From Amoebophrya sp. A120 (taxonomy: Eukaryota; Protista; Dinoflagellata): DNA of 64,000 bases. The translations under genes and the position numbers were made by a program. The notes under the pieces are model-generated. The model did no database searches and was not told where the DNA came from. It worked only from the letters and a program-made list of their open reading frames with translations. This document shows positions 34,400 to 46,639 of the stretch, one piece after another. Within the stretch, counting starts at the first letter, position 1; each line of letters begins with the position of its first letter. Location of the stretch: positions 5,981,985 through 6,045,984 of the forward strand of contig CAJINV010000003.1 of the NCBI GenBank assembly GCA_905178155.1. The letters run 5' to 3'.

Positions 34400-37300
34400 G
34401 ACAATAGCGCTCCAATGGACACGCTTGATGGGCTTGATGACGCTAATATCTTTATGCATTGCGAATATGTTTGGGTCCGGGAAAGTGCAAGTTTGTGTAA
34501 GTCCGGGACCGAGTGACACTAATATCTGTCTTGCATGAGAAGAATAAACATGTTCCCTACACCCCAATCAGCACATTGGCAACCCTTACAGCCACAATCT
34601 CGGGAAGGTGCCGTCTCATGCATCACAGAGCTCTGTTGAGTGTGTTGAGTTGTGTCAGGCCAGCCATGCATTACAACTGTCGACGTGTGGCAATCTTCTT
34701 CCATGAGACCCAGATCGATATTTGCACTGGATAGCTCGCTGAGGAGGCTGCATTTATCCATGTTGCGATGCTACTGGGCCTATGCAATGCAAATATGTCT
34801 TGGTCTGGATTGTAAGTGTCATAAGTTCTCTCCAAGACAGCAAGATCTGTACTACCACATTGCTACTTGTTTTTTGTTCGTGCGGCCAGCCGCTTACGCT
34901 TTGTGACGCGAAACACGGAATGCAAGTATCTGAGTCAACAGCGAAACAAATCGCATCCGTTTTCCAGGAGGCCCAGACAGATGTGCAATTGCATTTGATA
35001 GGAGCGACCCAACATATGGGGGCGCGTCTCCTCCTTGATGTGTCGCTCCAGCTCCTCCGCGATCTAGGCAGTCCCAATATCCAATGCAAATTCTATGTCT
35101 GGGTCTGGAACAAGATTGATTACAGCAACAAGATTTGTCATGCGTGCTTGTCATATGCATATCCACGAAAACAAGTTTTCGCGCCTGTCATGCAGGAGCG
35201 CAAGTTATCTTCCAGCGGAATTTGCAACACGTAGCTGCTGAAACACTTCTCATGCTTGGCTGCGCATTGCCATTGCAGGGCGTTCCGTTGCGTTCGTTGT
35301 TCACAAAGTAGCATCAGCACGTCTTTCCAATGAATAGACACAGACCGAGATTTGCATCATGGATACAATCAAATAAATCTCGTCCAAAAGTATGATCACT
35401 GTCCACTCGGATATGACCATGGCCCGCGGCTCCTCGGGTCGCTGGCGGAAGACCAGCCGTGGGCGGAGGATGGTTCATTTCGAATGAACTCAAACCTGCT
35501 GCAGCACCACGCCCCACCCCCGCCGGGGGCGCGCCCTCGTCCTGCTGCACCTGGCGGTCGTGCCCGCCTTGCCCTCCATTTCCACCCGGGGCTTGCTTGT
35601 ATCGCCAGAGCTGCCAGTGGAGCTGGTCCTCCTTGGAAGAATTTGCGTCACGTTTCCCGGCTGCTGCCGACGAAGCAGGCTGGTCGTCCTTGTCGGAAAA
35701 TAAACAGGGACCGGGCGCACGAGGAACCGGGCGCAGCATTTCATCTTGCCACATTTTCACATTCTGTTCGGTCAACGTGGTACCATTATGCGCAGCTGCA
35801 AGTGAAGCTTCTGTAGTGGTCCACCTATCCGCACTTCTAAAACTGACGTCTTGTTCAACGTCGCCTATGGAGGTCAGAGCAGAACTACGACCCCCGCCTA
35901 CTTGCACGACGCTGCTCCCGCCCCGCGCTTCTAGACAACCTCTCCCACGGAGGTTCTTGGTCTTGCCCAACAACTGGTGGTGATGGGAGGCTATCATACT
36001 GCCGGCAGCGGCGACCTCTTCCTCGCTCATAGATGACGTGACCATGATGATTTCGTCCTCCCGTAGTTCTTGTAGCTCCTGTAGATGATCCACCCAAAGG
36101 GACGAAGCCTCCTGTACCTCCTGTAGATGATCCAGATCCACCGTCACGGACGAAGCAGTGTATCAAAATGAAAAAGGCCCCTACGAGGACCACCCCAGGA
36201 GTTGGAAGCATTTGAATTTGTATTGCAAAATTTCCCACTCGGAACATTTGCAACTTGTACCTTGTATGTAGGTAGTAGCGCCACAGATCATTATTCGCGA
36301 CCCTGAATTATAAACGAAAGATGCGATGCGTCACATTCCAACGAGCGATATATGATATATCTGTTCTGCCAACATGCTAAATCAACTGGTTTAGATCATT
36401 CTGATTCTGAAATAAACGTCGCATATTTTTTCTTTTCTGCAAGACAAAAGAGTTTCTTCTATAGAAACCCTAATATGCAATATCGAAACTGCTCGGTCTT
36501 CTGAGGGTCGTGGGGAACTTATTTTCAGTTTGATACATCAGCAGCACGATGAGTGTCCACACCATGACCCCCTCCGGTCGTCGCGGGGGTCTTAGAACTC
36601 CGGCCACCTCCCGCTGCGCCTTCCGCGCTCACCCACGACATGTTGTCGGAGGAAAACGCACCGCCCCGCTTGGACAGACTCAGCTTGGTCATAGCCTCGC
36701 TCAAAGTCTCCTGTCCCTCCTCGATCGCGTCCAAATTGGTCGAGGCGGTGCCGTATCAAAAGTAAAAATGTCTGGGTCTGGAAACTTGTGATGCTGGGTG
36801 GCGTCTCATGATGAGGCTACAAATTCTGGCTCAGCATGACAAGTTTCTGAGCTCCTAGGTGTTGCCTATTCTGCATGACAAACTGCACTTCTGCGTCACA
36901 GAAAAGCGGACCGGAGCTCTTGGGTAACGTGCATGACAGATTTAAGAGTCATGCCAGAAAAGCATGACAAACATGAATTCTTCCAGACCCAGACATTTTT
37001 GCAATCCATATGCCAGAGGAAGCATCCTCGTCGTCGCGCTCGTGCTCGCCTCGTTGTTGCAGATTTCGCAGATTCAGAATGCCCAAAGGCTCATCCTCTT
37101 GCTCCTCAGCATCTGCTTCCGAGCCGACGATCCTAGTAGTAATATCCACCTCGTCATCTTCTGGACCTCCCGTGTGAACAATAAAGTGTCGAGGGGACGA
37201 AACAGGACTGGAACCGCCACCTCCACGCCGACCCGCGCCAGCAGCTAGCGCTTGCTCCTCCTGTGTTTCCCGCTGTCGTTGTGCAGCTGCCAACACGTAA

Positions 37301-40300
37301 CGCACTTCTTGCGCAGACCTCGATGTCGCTGTCCCGCCTGTCACTGCTACCGGTTGAAGTAGATGTTGTTCCGAGTCCGGCGTCGACGATTCGTGGCTGC
37401 TACGGAGATGCGGACGCTGGGCGTAGGAACCTGCTGCAGGAGCTCCACCGGTCGCGAGTGGTTGCTCGTGTTGTTGGTGTTTCGTGTGCAACAACTGCAT
37501 CGTGGTGGGGGCCCAAGTCTCTGGCGGTCCTCGAAATAAGCAGCTCGACGTCTTGCCAAAAACAAAATCAGGACCACCGGTGGAAGCCGAGGACGAGGAG
37601 CAGCCGGCCGCGCCACCGTGGAAAGCGCCCGGATTATTTCCTGTTCGGGGTCCCAGCAATGGCCCCACTCCCAGGACCATTGGCATTGCTCCGTTCGTGC
37701 CAGTCGTCGTGCCAGGCTCGGAGTCCTCGGGTCCCGCGCGCTGCTGCGCCTGCTTAGTCCGCTGCTCGTCGGCGTGTGCAGATAGTTCTTCCTCGGGGTT
37801 AATGTGCTGGTGGTCCTCGCCTTGATCTGCACTTGACTGACACTCGACCGCCATGTCGCTCATGTTGCCATCATCGCGAGATGCTGATATCGTTTCTTGG
37901 AAGTAGCAGGAGCTTGTTCCCCCGTGCAGCATCGATTGCCACAGCAGTTCCTCTTGCTCCAAGCCCGCAATTTCCGGACAGGAAATCGCTTTGCGCAGGA
38001 GTGGGGGGCTTCCCCGGATCGCCCCAGGCTTCGGCTCCGCGAGTATCATGTTGAAAAATGTCCCCACCCCAGAATATGAAAGCGTTTCTATTGCACAAGT
38101 TCCCAATGGAAAAACCTGGGGTTGCCACCAACCTTCACCTTGCATGCATTAGCGTGACAAATTGTCAAGCCAAAGTAGCGAAAGTCTGTGTTGCGCGGCG
38201 CCACATGATAAGCAATAGTGATAAATCTGTCAACATGTTGAAAGGTTGCGTAACTGGCGTAGATGATAGTGAAACAAAATGGATCCCGTTATGCCTTCAT
38301 GCTAGACGAAAGAGTACTTATCTCATGCGGAAACAGTACGCAATGCAAACTATTCAGTCTTCTGGTGGCGGGGCACTTCTCATCTTGATAGCGAGAGTGT
38401 TGTCGTGTGCTTGTTCCACCTGCTGTCCGGCGCCGTGGGGACGCGTTTTGCTGTGCGAGTAAAGGCATCCTGTGCAAAAGCATCGTACTCGTACTACTGC
38501 AGATAAATACGGACATGCCTCCCCCTCCCAAGGTAAACCAGCATGACAAACTCCATTTTTCATGCAAAGCAAACCTGTAAAAATGCTATTGATTTTGATA
38601 CTAGAACTACTGAACTAGTGCGATGCTTTTGCGATGCATACGCGGACCATGCCGGACGGCTTGCTGCAGGATTACAATGAAAAGCGCCCAACCCCCAAAA
38701 GTGGAAAATATATCTGATGCAAAGTTTCCAAATGAAATGGAAAACTATTCTCTTGCATGAGAGCCCTAAGAGTTTCTTGCCCGTTACAGGCTCTAAACTG
38801 TGCAAAAAATTCTCTTAAGTGGCAAGCGCCAGTGTTGCTGTTCAACGAATAAAATTTTTGCTATTCTGCATGGAAATATATCAATTTGAGAGGCTGATCC
38901 TGATGCATGCAAGATCATCATGGGCAATGTTTACATTGGGAAGTTTTGCAAGACAATGCAACTGCTTCCAGGTTCTGGGGTACTTCTAGGGGCACTTTGC
39001 AATATGATATGCAGCGGGAGTCGTCCAAGGCCACGGGAGGCGGCGCGCCGGCGCCAACCGGCGTGCTGCAGCTGCTGAGGGGATGAAGAACAGGAACGAG
39101 CTGCGAACCGGCCTCGGCCGATGTGTAAACGGAGATGACACCGCTCGGGGTCTTGCGCCGCTTCTCTTCGCGCCGCCGCGGCGGGCTCGGGCTGGTCGTT
39201 GGGCAGTAGCTGTAGTTGCCTTCAGCGTTTCCAGTGCCGCTCTGGTCGTGGTCGTCGTCGTGGAAGGGACAACTACTGGTAAACGACTGCTGTCCAGGGG
39301 AATCTAGCAAGCGCTGCTCCAAACGCTGCGCCAACAACAACTCTGAGTCAGTGGTTCTGCAGGCGTGGGCACCGCTGTTCTGTGGTGCAGAAGCAGAAAG
39401 CGGCGGGGTCTTCATCATAAACATACCTCCCGAGCAGGGGGAGAAACAATCGTCGGAAGTAGTGCCCCGTCCCCGTGGCGTGACAAATCCCGACAGAGCA
39501 GAGCCAGAGGATCCACCACTCCGGCCAGGATATAAGAACGTGTCTGGCTTCATTTGACGCTCGACCAACGCTGCGTAGTCGCACACACCACCACCCGTGA
39601 TCGGCGGTGCCGCGCTGCTTGCACAAGACTCCCCGAGAGTAGAAGTACCGAGTCCACTACCTCTCCAGGCCGGAGCACCAGCAGGCGGAGGCTGAGGTCC
39701 GCCGACCCCGACCTCCTGCCACAGCAGCAACGGCGAGGTTGAATCTCCGTGCACGTCGTGTCGCAACGAATCTTTCGTCCGGACATTGTGGCGCTGTTTT
39801 TCATCTTCTTGCTGAGCCGGAAATGAGCCGGCACACGAGGCCGAAGCCGAACTAGTACCCCCCGCGGCGGCGCTAGTACACGACCCTCCAGTCCGGCGGC
39901 GCGAGGGCTGGACAAGCGGCTCACTGTACCACGTCTCGCCGGCCCACATTTTTCGGTGACGTGTCGACGTGGGCACGATGAGCGGGCGGTCCCCCAAGGC
40001 GGTGGCCCTCGTGCTCCGCGTGAACAGATTTTGTTGCCCGCCGATTTGCTTCCCAAGTCCAAGGGCGTCGCGATACCCATCGTCCGCCAGCATCTGGCTT
40101 CTCTGGCAGGAGGCATCGTTCTGTGAAGAGGTGGTTGAGGACATCATCCTGCCGGTACCAAAAACATCACCCAGACCGCGGCCACTAACACTATCCCCGT
40201 CGCGCATCGAGATGTTTTGCTGTTGGTCTCGTCCTGCTGTAGTTCCCGCTTCCCCGGCGCCGGAAAACCAGCGCAAGTCCCAAGGTGGTGCGACGGTTTT

Positions 40301-41755
40301 CGCTTCCAAAGTACTGGTGTATCGAGCCTGCGCTTTCGCGAGGTGCTTGTACTCGGGGTCCTGTTCCAACTTGGCTAGCGCCTCCTTCGTTTCGGGCGCA
40401 CCCAGGTCCAGCTCGTTGTCTAGGAATCCGACAGGCGTGCAACCTGTGTCGTGGAGGTCGTACACTCCCGCCCAGCACGTCGAGAACGTCGCTTCCCGAG
40501 AACGTCGAGAACGTCGAGAACGTCCTTCATCATTTCTTTCCCGAGAAGTTATAGGCGTCGAGGCTGCAACTCCAACTGCCTTTATGGTCCTCGGGGCCCC
40601 CGCCTGCTGCTGCGGGGCCGCACCGCAAGGGCCACCTGCTCCTGCTTCTGAATGAGTACTCGGAAGATGAGGACTAATATCAAAAACATCGTGCTTGTCC
40701 AGTGCATCTTCATGGGCGCCGTCACCACCAAGAAGGCCTCCGTCGTCCTTCAATCCAGCCTGCTCGTTCGTCCGGAACCTCACCCCGTATTTGCGGTGAA
40801 GTCGGTCAATTCGCTCGCAATGGTTCGCCTGTCGACTCGGTTTCGCGAGAGGGAGAAATGTCGGCGACGAGTGGGGAACGGCAACGGACGGACTTGAATT
40901 CTGGGGAAATAATATCGCAGCAGCGCCACCTCCCGGAGATGGCCCGATCATCGCAGCAGCGCCACCTCCCGGAGCGCCAGCAGAGCTGCTGTGACTACCA
41001 CTACTTGGGCGAGTGCTTCTTTCTTGAATGCTTCTAGTATAATCTTCGGTTGGAGCTGCAAATGCAATTCCAATTTCAGCACAACCATTACTCGACGACG
41101 CAGCTGCGCCAGCGGCAGGGGCAGCGCCTCCATTTTCTCCTGCGGCAAAACCAAAAGTCGAAGCAGCCGCAAGTGTTCCAAATGTTGCTCCACCGCGGAC
41201 ATTTGATATTCCGCCCGGCGGATTGGTGCGGTTCTTCCCGAAAAGGTGCTTCTTTACAACTTTATTACTTCGGCTCTTATTATTTTTCGAGCCGCGGTCC
41301 ACTTGCATAGCTTGATGTCCTCCTGCTCGATTAGCCGGATCACGTTCTTGTCCACCATGCAAACAAGCACGACCAGGACCAGCCGCAGCCCTAGCGAGAG
41401 CCCCCGCGGGCCCGCCTATTTGATGTCTCGTCATCTCCGGTGCTGCCAGCGGTGCAAATAAGGGTGGCCCCGCTGCGGAACCTCGTCCCTCAGGTTGAGC
41501 ATGTTGTCCACTCGCCGATGCCGCTGCAAAGGGCACGAGGGAAAAATCCTTGTTCTCCCCGAAAAAGAACCAGGTACTACAACCACTCGGCAGAAATATT
41601 CCGGCTAACAGACAGCAAAGCACCTGCGCCACGAAAACCGCCCAGGCACTGCCGGATTTCACCACCCGGCGGCGCGTGGCACCTGAGATGAAATCCGCGC
41701 GAGTTACTGCCATGGCTAATTTTATCCGCGTATTATGTCCCAAGAAAGTGCTCAT
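34400..41755 (-). CDS. Large orphan protein with N-terminal hydrophobic segment, split by at least 6 introner-type introns; 3' end undefined
   Basis: ORFs 38918..41755, 36949..38145, 36525..36734 and 35314..36147 plus two micro-exons. In-frame joins are DASSG/TASTNLDAIEE, HRAAD/ASSVTVDL and GRDLFD/WDCLDRGG. Confidence 0.65.
34453..34733. mobile_element. Introner (family A, diverged), 281 bp
   Basis: TATGCATTGCGAATATGTTTGGGTC ... GACCCAGATCGATATTTGCACTGGATA. No DR seen. Confidence 0.7.
34781..35000. mobile_element. Introner (family A, diverged), 220 bp
   Basis: TATGCAATGCAAATATGTCTTGGTCTGG ... GGCCCAGACAGATGTGCAATTGCATTTGATA. Confidence 0.7.
35078..35365. mobile_element. Introner (family A), 288 bp, 3-bp DR CAA
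   Basis: TATCCAATGCAAATTCTATGTCTGGGTCTGGAA ... AGACACAGACCGAGATTTGCATCATGGATA. The join is in frame. Confidence 0.78.
36161..36535. mobile_element. Introner, 375 bp, degenerate DR
   Basis: TATCAAAATGAAAAAGGCCCCTACGA versus TATCAAACTGAAAATAAGTTCCCCACGA. Removing the element plus 5 nt restores the frame. Confidence 0.78.
36754..37010. mobile_element. Introner (family A), 257 bp, DR TGCCG/TGCCA
   Basis: TATCAAAAGTAAAAATGTCTGGGTCTGGAA ... TTCCAGACCCAGACATTTTTGCAATCCATA, with four internal GCATGACA motifs. The join is in frame. Confidence 0.92.
38044..39009. mobile_element. Long introner-type intron, 966 bp (possibly compound)
   Basis: TATCATGTTGAAAAATGTCCCCACCCCAGAA versus TATCATATTGCAAAGTGCCCCTAGAAGTACCCCAGAA, separating two long ORFs. 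The exact junction is unresolved. Confidence 0.65.
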
Positions 41756-43289
41756 ATACGTACCGCTCCAGAAACGAGCAGAAGTCCTTCTTTTTTGGAA
41801 AAGAGAAAGACACGGACGGCCGCGACACAGTGAGGGGAAAAATAGGGATCAAAGAAGGTGGAGTGTGCGGAAAACACAAAAATGCTGCCTCCTAGTCTGT
41901 TCTACAGGATAACAAACTTCTACAAACAGCAGCACGCTCCAGAAACAGATAGGCTCCGCGAAAGTGTTTTTCTCAAGCTAGAAAAAGAAAAAACACAGGC
42001 AAAAAAAAGAAGATGGTAGTACACAAAAAGTTCACACTTGTGCGACCGGTGGGATTTTAGTTTTCTATATAAATATTGTTGAAAAGTAAAGAAGTAGAAG
42101 ATCAAAAGCGGATAAACATAAACTAACATAAACTAAAACACCAGAGAAAAATAAAATCTGAAAAGAGCTGCAGGGCGCCTTTTCGAGCTTTTTCTCAATT
42201 TTCAAACCATTAAAAATGGAAAAAGGACTCTGCGACGTCCGTATAGCCTGCGTCTCCCTTCGTTTTCTTGCTTTTTCTCGTCGGAAAAATCCTGTACACA
42301 TAGAAAGAAAAATAATCGAAAAGGTATAGACTGAGCGAATTTCTCGCGCTTCCTTTTTCAGACGATAAATATGGATATCTATCAATCACAGAAAACAACG
42401 ACCCTCTGAGGGTTCATTTTCCGTCTTGGCCTCGACACATGTGTGGAGGAGGTGGAAGTGGCATTAGCTGTAAGTACGCCTAGGAGGAGGTATCAATCTA
42501 GTGGTATCTATGACTATCTTCGAAGTGTAAACTTTCTAGAATCTCTCTACGTCTATCAGGTGTTTGCGATAAAAGACTTCTGGCCCCGGCGTATCGAGAT
42601 TCACAACTAGAAACACTTTTTTTTCAATATAAATCTCGCTAGGTCTATCAGGGTACTATCAGGTGTCTCTGACAAAAAACTTTTGGAAAAATGTACTTTC
42701 TACGGCCTTTACTTGTTTAGTTGACCTGCTTACAAGTTCCAAGCTGACCTGTCAGAGAAATAATCCTCGCCGATCGGACGGTCAGCACAGTAGAGGCGTA
42801 TTTCGTAAATTGTCCAAAAGCTACTACACCAGGTTAGAAACTTACTGTGCCTTCTAGTACTCTCTCTCTCATCAAGAGCCTATTAATTATTGGGGCATTT
42901 GTATACATTTCTATTTTACACGACGCAATTTGTATTCCTATTTTACACAGCAACTTTTGTTTACGAGGCTATAACGGAAACAAGATGGAGGGGCTGCGCT
43001 CCTGTCCTAGTGTAGTACTTACATACCAGGGCTGTATAGATATTGCTTCAAGGACAAAAAGTAAGGATCTGAAGACTTCTTCTAGTAGCTTTTTATTATT
43101 GGAAAACTAGCTCGGTTCACAGAATGCGAAAGGCATCAGCAAGGCCTTGCTCTTCTTGAAAAACTAAAGCAGATTGGTAGTTTCTGGAAGATCAATAGCG
43201 TGCTGCTCGCCCACGATAAGTAATGCGTTCTGGGATCTATTTTTATCGATAAAGATATATACGATATTGATATTCAAGGGCCCTTCAAC

Positions 43290-43793
43290 AACTTATGAGC
43301 CCTTCAAAAAAATGAAAAAATATTGACCACAATGTTCCAGAACTTGGCATGGATGTCTTGCATTCCAATGCCTAACTGAACTGGTCCAGCAGCCAATCCT
43401 TGATCTGTCCGGTGTTAAGTAACCACGGCGCAAAAGACCTCCGCCAATCGGTCTCTGCGAGTTGCGAAGTCGGACACAAGAACTATATGTCGCGTTTGGT
43501 AGAAGTCGAGAGTATAGATTTTCTTTTTCGTACATCTACATGTCCGAAAACGAAACTTATGAGCCCTTCAAAAAAATGAAAAAATATTGACCACAATGTT
43601 CCAGAACTTGGCATGGATGTCTTGCATTCCAATGCCTAACTGAACTGGTCCAGCAGCCAATCCTTGATCTGTCCGGTGTTAAGTAACCACGGCGCAAAAG
43701 ACCTCCGCCAATCGGTCTCTGCGAGTTGCGAAGTCGGACACAAGAACTATATGTCGCGTTTGGTAGAAGTCGAGAGTATAGATTTTCTTTTTC
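43290..43793. repeat. Near-perfect direct duplication of 240 bp (period 264)
   Basis: 43290-43529 and 43554-43793. The minus-strand translations are identical (EKENLYSRLL...FFIFLKGS). Confidence 0.92.
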
Positions 43794-44502
43794 TACATGT
43801 ACGAGCCCCCTACTCGCCACATTCGAAGGATAGGGCAGCCCGGTTCAAAAAACACAAAAGAGACGCCCTCGCAAATTAAATCGAAGGAAGTGATAATTTC
43901 GTCGAGCCAGAGCGTATCAACGCTCCATAGAGAAGAAGCGGCGACGGCGAGAAAGTGCACTTAAATAAAGACGCACAGCTTTTCTGCCGTGCTATGTATC
44001 TTCTCCCGGAAATACAAATAGTCGGACAAATGAAATAGAGAGGAAATAACAAATGCGCGCCGTCTTTCTTTCGTGAAAGTAGTATAGCGCCCCACAGGAA
44101 GCGAAGCGAAAGGAAATCCAGAAGGAAGCGCGACTCCTAACGGAAGGGCGTCCGATTGTACGGGTCGTAAAAAAAGTGGTGAAGTATCGTCGTGACAACA
44201 GTTGTTATCGTATAGTCGTTTATGTCGTATCTGATTGTAGCGCTAAATAATTTTTCTAAATCAATCTCGTAACTACAGTCACAAAGTGGACTTACGTTGA
44301 CCTGGTGTGATTAATATCCTATGTTCCAATTATCGAGGACTTGTAAATTCCATTGCACAGGAAAAAAAATCAGTGCGTGAAGATCTTCCGGCTTGATGTC
44401 GATCCTGTTTCTTCAGCTCCTCAACCCTACTTGTACTACATACACCTTCTCCTTCTTCATCATCAACATCAACGCTACTTTCTATTTCCATCCCGTCGCG
44501 GT

Positions 44503-45238
44503 CGAAAATAGCTAAAGAGATCATCCTCTCGCATCCACGAAGCGTAGATCCAATATCGTAATTGTCAACGAAAATAGATCATCCTCTCGCATCCACGAAG
44601 CGTAGATCCGCTATCGTAATTGTCAACGAAAATAGCTATAGGTATAGAGATCATCCTCTTTCATCCACGAAGCGTAGATCCACTATCGTAATTGTCAACG
44701 AAAATAGCTATAGAGATCATCCTCTCGCATCCACGAAGCGTAGATCCACTATCGTAATTGTCAACGAAAATAGCTATAGCTATAGAGATCATCCTCTCAC
44801 ATCCACGAAGCGTAGATCCACTATCGTAATTGTCAACGAAAATAGCTATAGAGATCATCCTCGTTCATCCACGAAACGTAGATCCACTATCGTAATTGTC
44901 AACAAAAATAGCTATAGAGATCATCCTCTCGCATCCACGAAGCGTAGATCCACTATCGTAATTGTCAACGAAAATAGCTATAGCTATAGAGATCATCCTC
45001 TCACATCCACGAAGCGTAGATCCACTATCGTAATTGTCAACGAAAATAGCTATAGAGATCATCCTCGTTCATCCACGAAACGTAGATCCACTATCGTAAT
45101 TGTCAACAAAAATAGCTATAGAGATCATCCTCTCGCATCCACGAAGCGTAGATCCACTATCGTAATTGTCAACGAAAATAGCTATAGAAATCATCCTCTT
45201 TCATCCACGAAGCGTAGATCCGCTATCATAATTGTCAA
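44503..45238. repeat. Minisatellite, ~11 units of mostly 66/72 bp with a 204-bp higher-order period
   Basis: Unit AGAGATCATCCTCTCGCATCCACGAAGCGTAGATCCACTATCGTAATTGTCAACGAAAATAGCTAT. Variant units recur every third copy. Confidence 0.97.
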
Positions 45239-46201
45239 GATCTCTGCCTCCCCTCCATGCTTATGAAAAAGTTAAAACGGAGACGGACCAAGTGCGTATA
45301 TATAAATATAGAATTATTCTCAGGATCATGCTCGCCTTCTTCTTGGACGCGAGGGCTGTCGGGACACAGGGGAAACGCGGGGGCGCCGCTTTGTGCGGCG
45401 CGTGGAGGCCAAGCTTCTGCTTCCCCGGAAAGCTCAGCTGCGCGCTTTTGCGCAGCACTTCCACTTGCTTTGCCGACTGCCACCGATCACATTTCATCCA
45501 TCTCGATCATTTCCATGACTCGTGCGAGTAGCGAGAAAAGCCTAAAGACACACGAGACCTCCAGAAAACTCTCTGGGTCCTCAGAAAACTTCTTGGACAC
45601 ACCCACGAAGAATCAGAGCGGGTGTCGCGTGAACACTAGTGCCAACAAGTAGCCGGGTCGTGCAACAGGAGAATGAATGCCTTCATTCATCTTGGCGACA
45701 CAAAGTTTTGAAGAGCAACAACATCCACCCGTTGTGAAACTGTAGCGATTTCATTCGTTAAACCCATTTTCTTTCCAGTTGTATCTGATTTGCGAGCAAC
45801 ACGCCCTCTAAGCCTGGAAATCTAATAGTTGCGTTTTTTGAGGGTGATATAATCTGCGTCCAAGGAAATCAGCGATAAAAAAGAAAACGCGGCAATCATC
45901 CAAATCATTTTTCTTGAGGAGAAGCATCGATAACCACTCGACTCTGATAACGAGTCGAGCGCGAAATTCCGCACTAGTAGAAGTGCCGGAACTCTTATCT
46001 TGATCTTCACGACTCGCTCCTGTCCTCGCATTATTTTTGGGCCGGCTTATTTTGGTTTAGGTTTTGCTTTTGTAGAGCGGGGTCACAAATTTTTTCGTTA
46101 ATAACTCCCCACCGGAGTTACGAAGCAACCGGCCGGGTGGTCCTTAACTGCGGTGCTCCAAATGTTGCTTACAGCTGCGCGAAAGAAATAACACGTATCA
46201 A

Positions 46202-46254
46202 AAGTGCGGACTAAATCCGCACTTCTTGAATCTCACCTAGCGGCCGCTAGGTGA
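46202..46254. other. Adjacent hairpin and perfect 22-bp palindrome
   Basis: AAGTGCGGA-CTAAA-TCCGCACTT (46202-46224) and TCACCTAGCGGCCGCTAGGTGA (46233-46254). Confidence 0.85.
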
Positions 46255-46639
46255 ACTACAGATGCCTTTACGTTCTGTTTCTTCATCTTCTAGATTTGAT
46301 AATATCAAGAGTAAAAAGATAATTCTGTGCGGTAATATGAGAAACATCATACACGAACAAATATTGCTAAAAATGATCTTTGTACATAGCGGCCTTCTAT
46401 TAATTTTCGAACAGTAATGCTTGTTGTAATAAATAGGACCTCCTGCAACATCATCAAATCAATACCTCCCACCGTCCTCACCACTCTGCGAGCGCCCTAA
46501 GAAAGAACGACAGCATCCACCGCGTAGTTGATAAGCGGACGTTCCGTCGACGCCGATGACGAGCGTCCCGCCGCTGCGCAGAGTAAAACAGTCCGAGGGA
46601 GAGGCCGTACAACTGTGCTTATCTTGTTGTTCCCGTGCT

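Noticed and set aside
44503-45238. CRISPR array
   Set aside because: The units are contiguous near-identical repeats with no unique spacers, there are no cas genes, and the context is eukaryotic.
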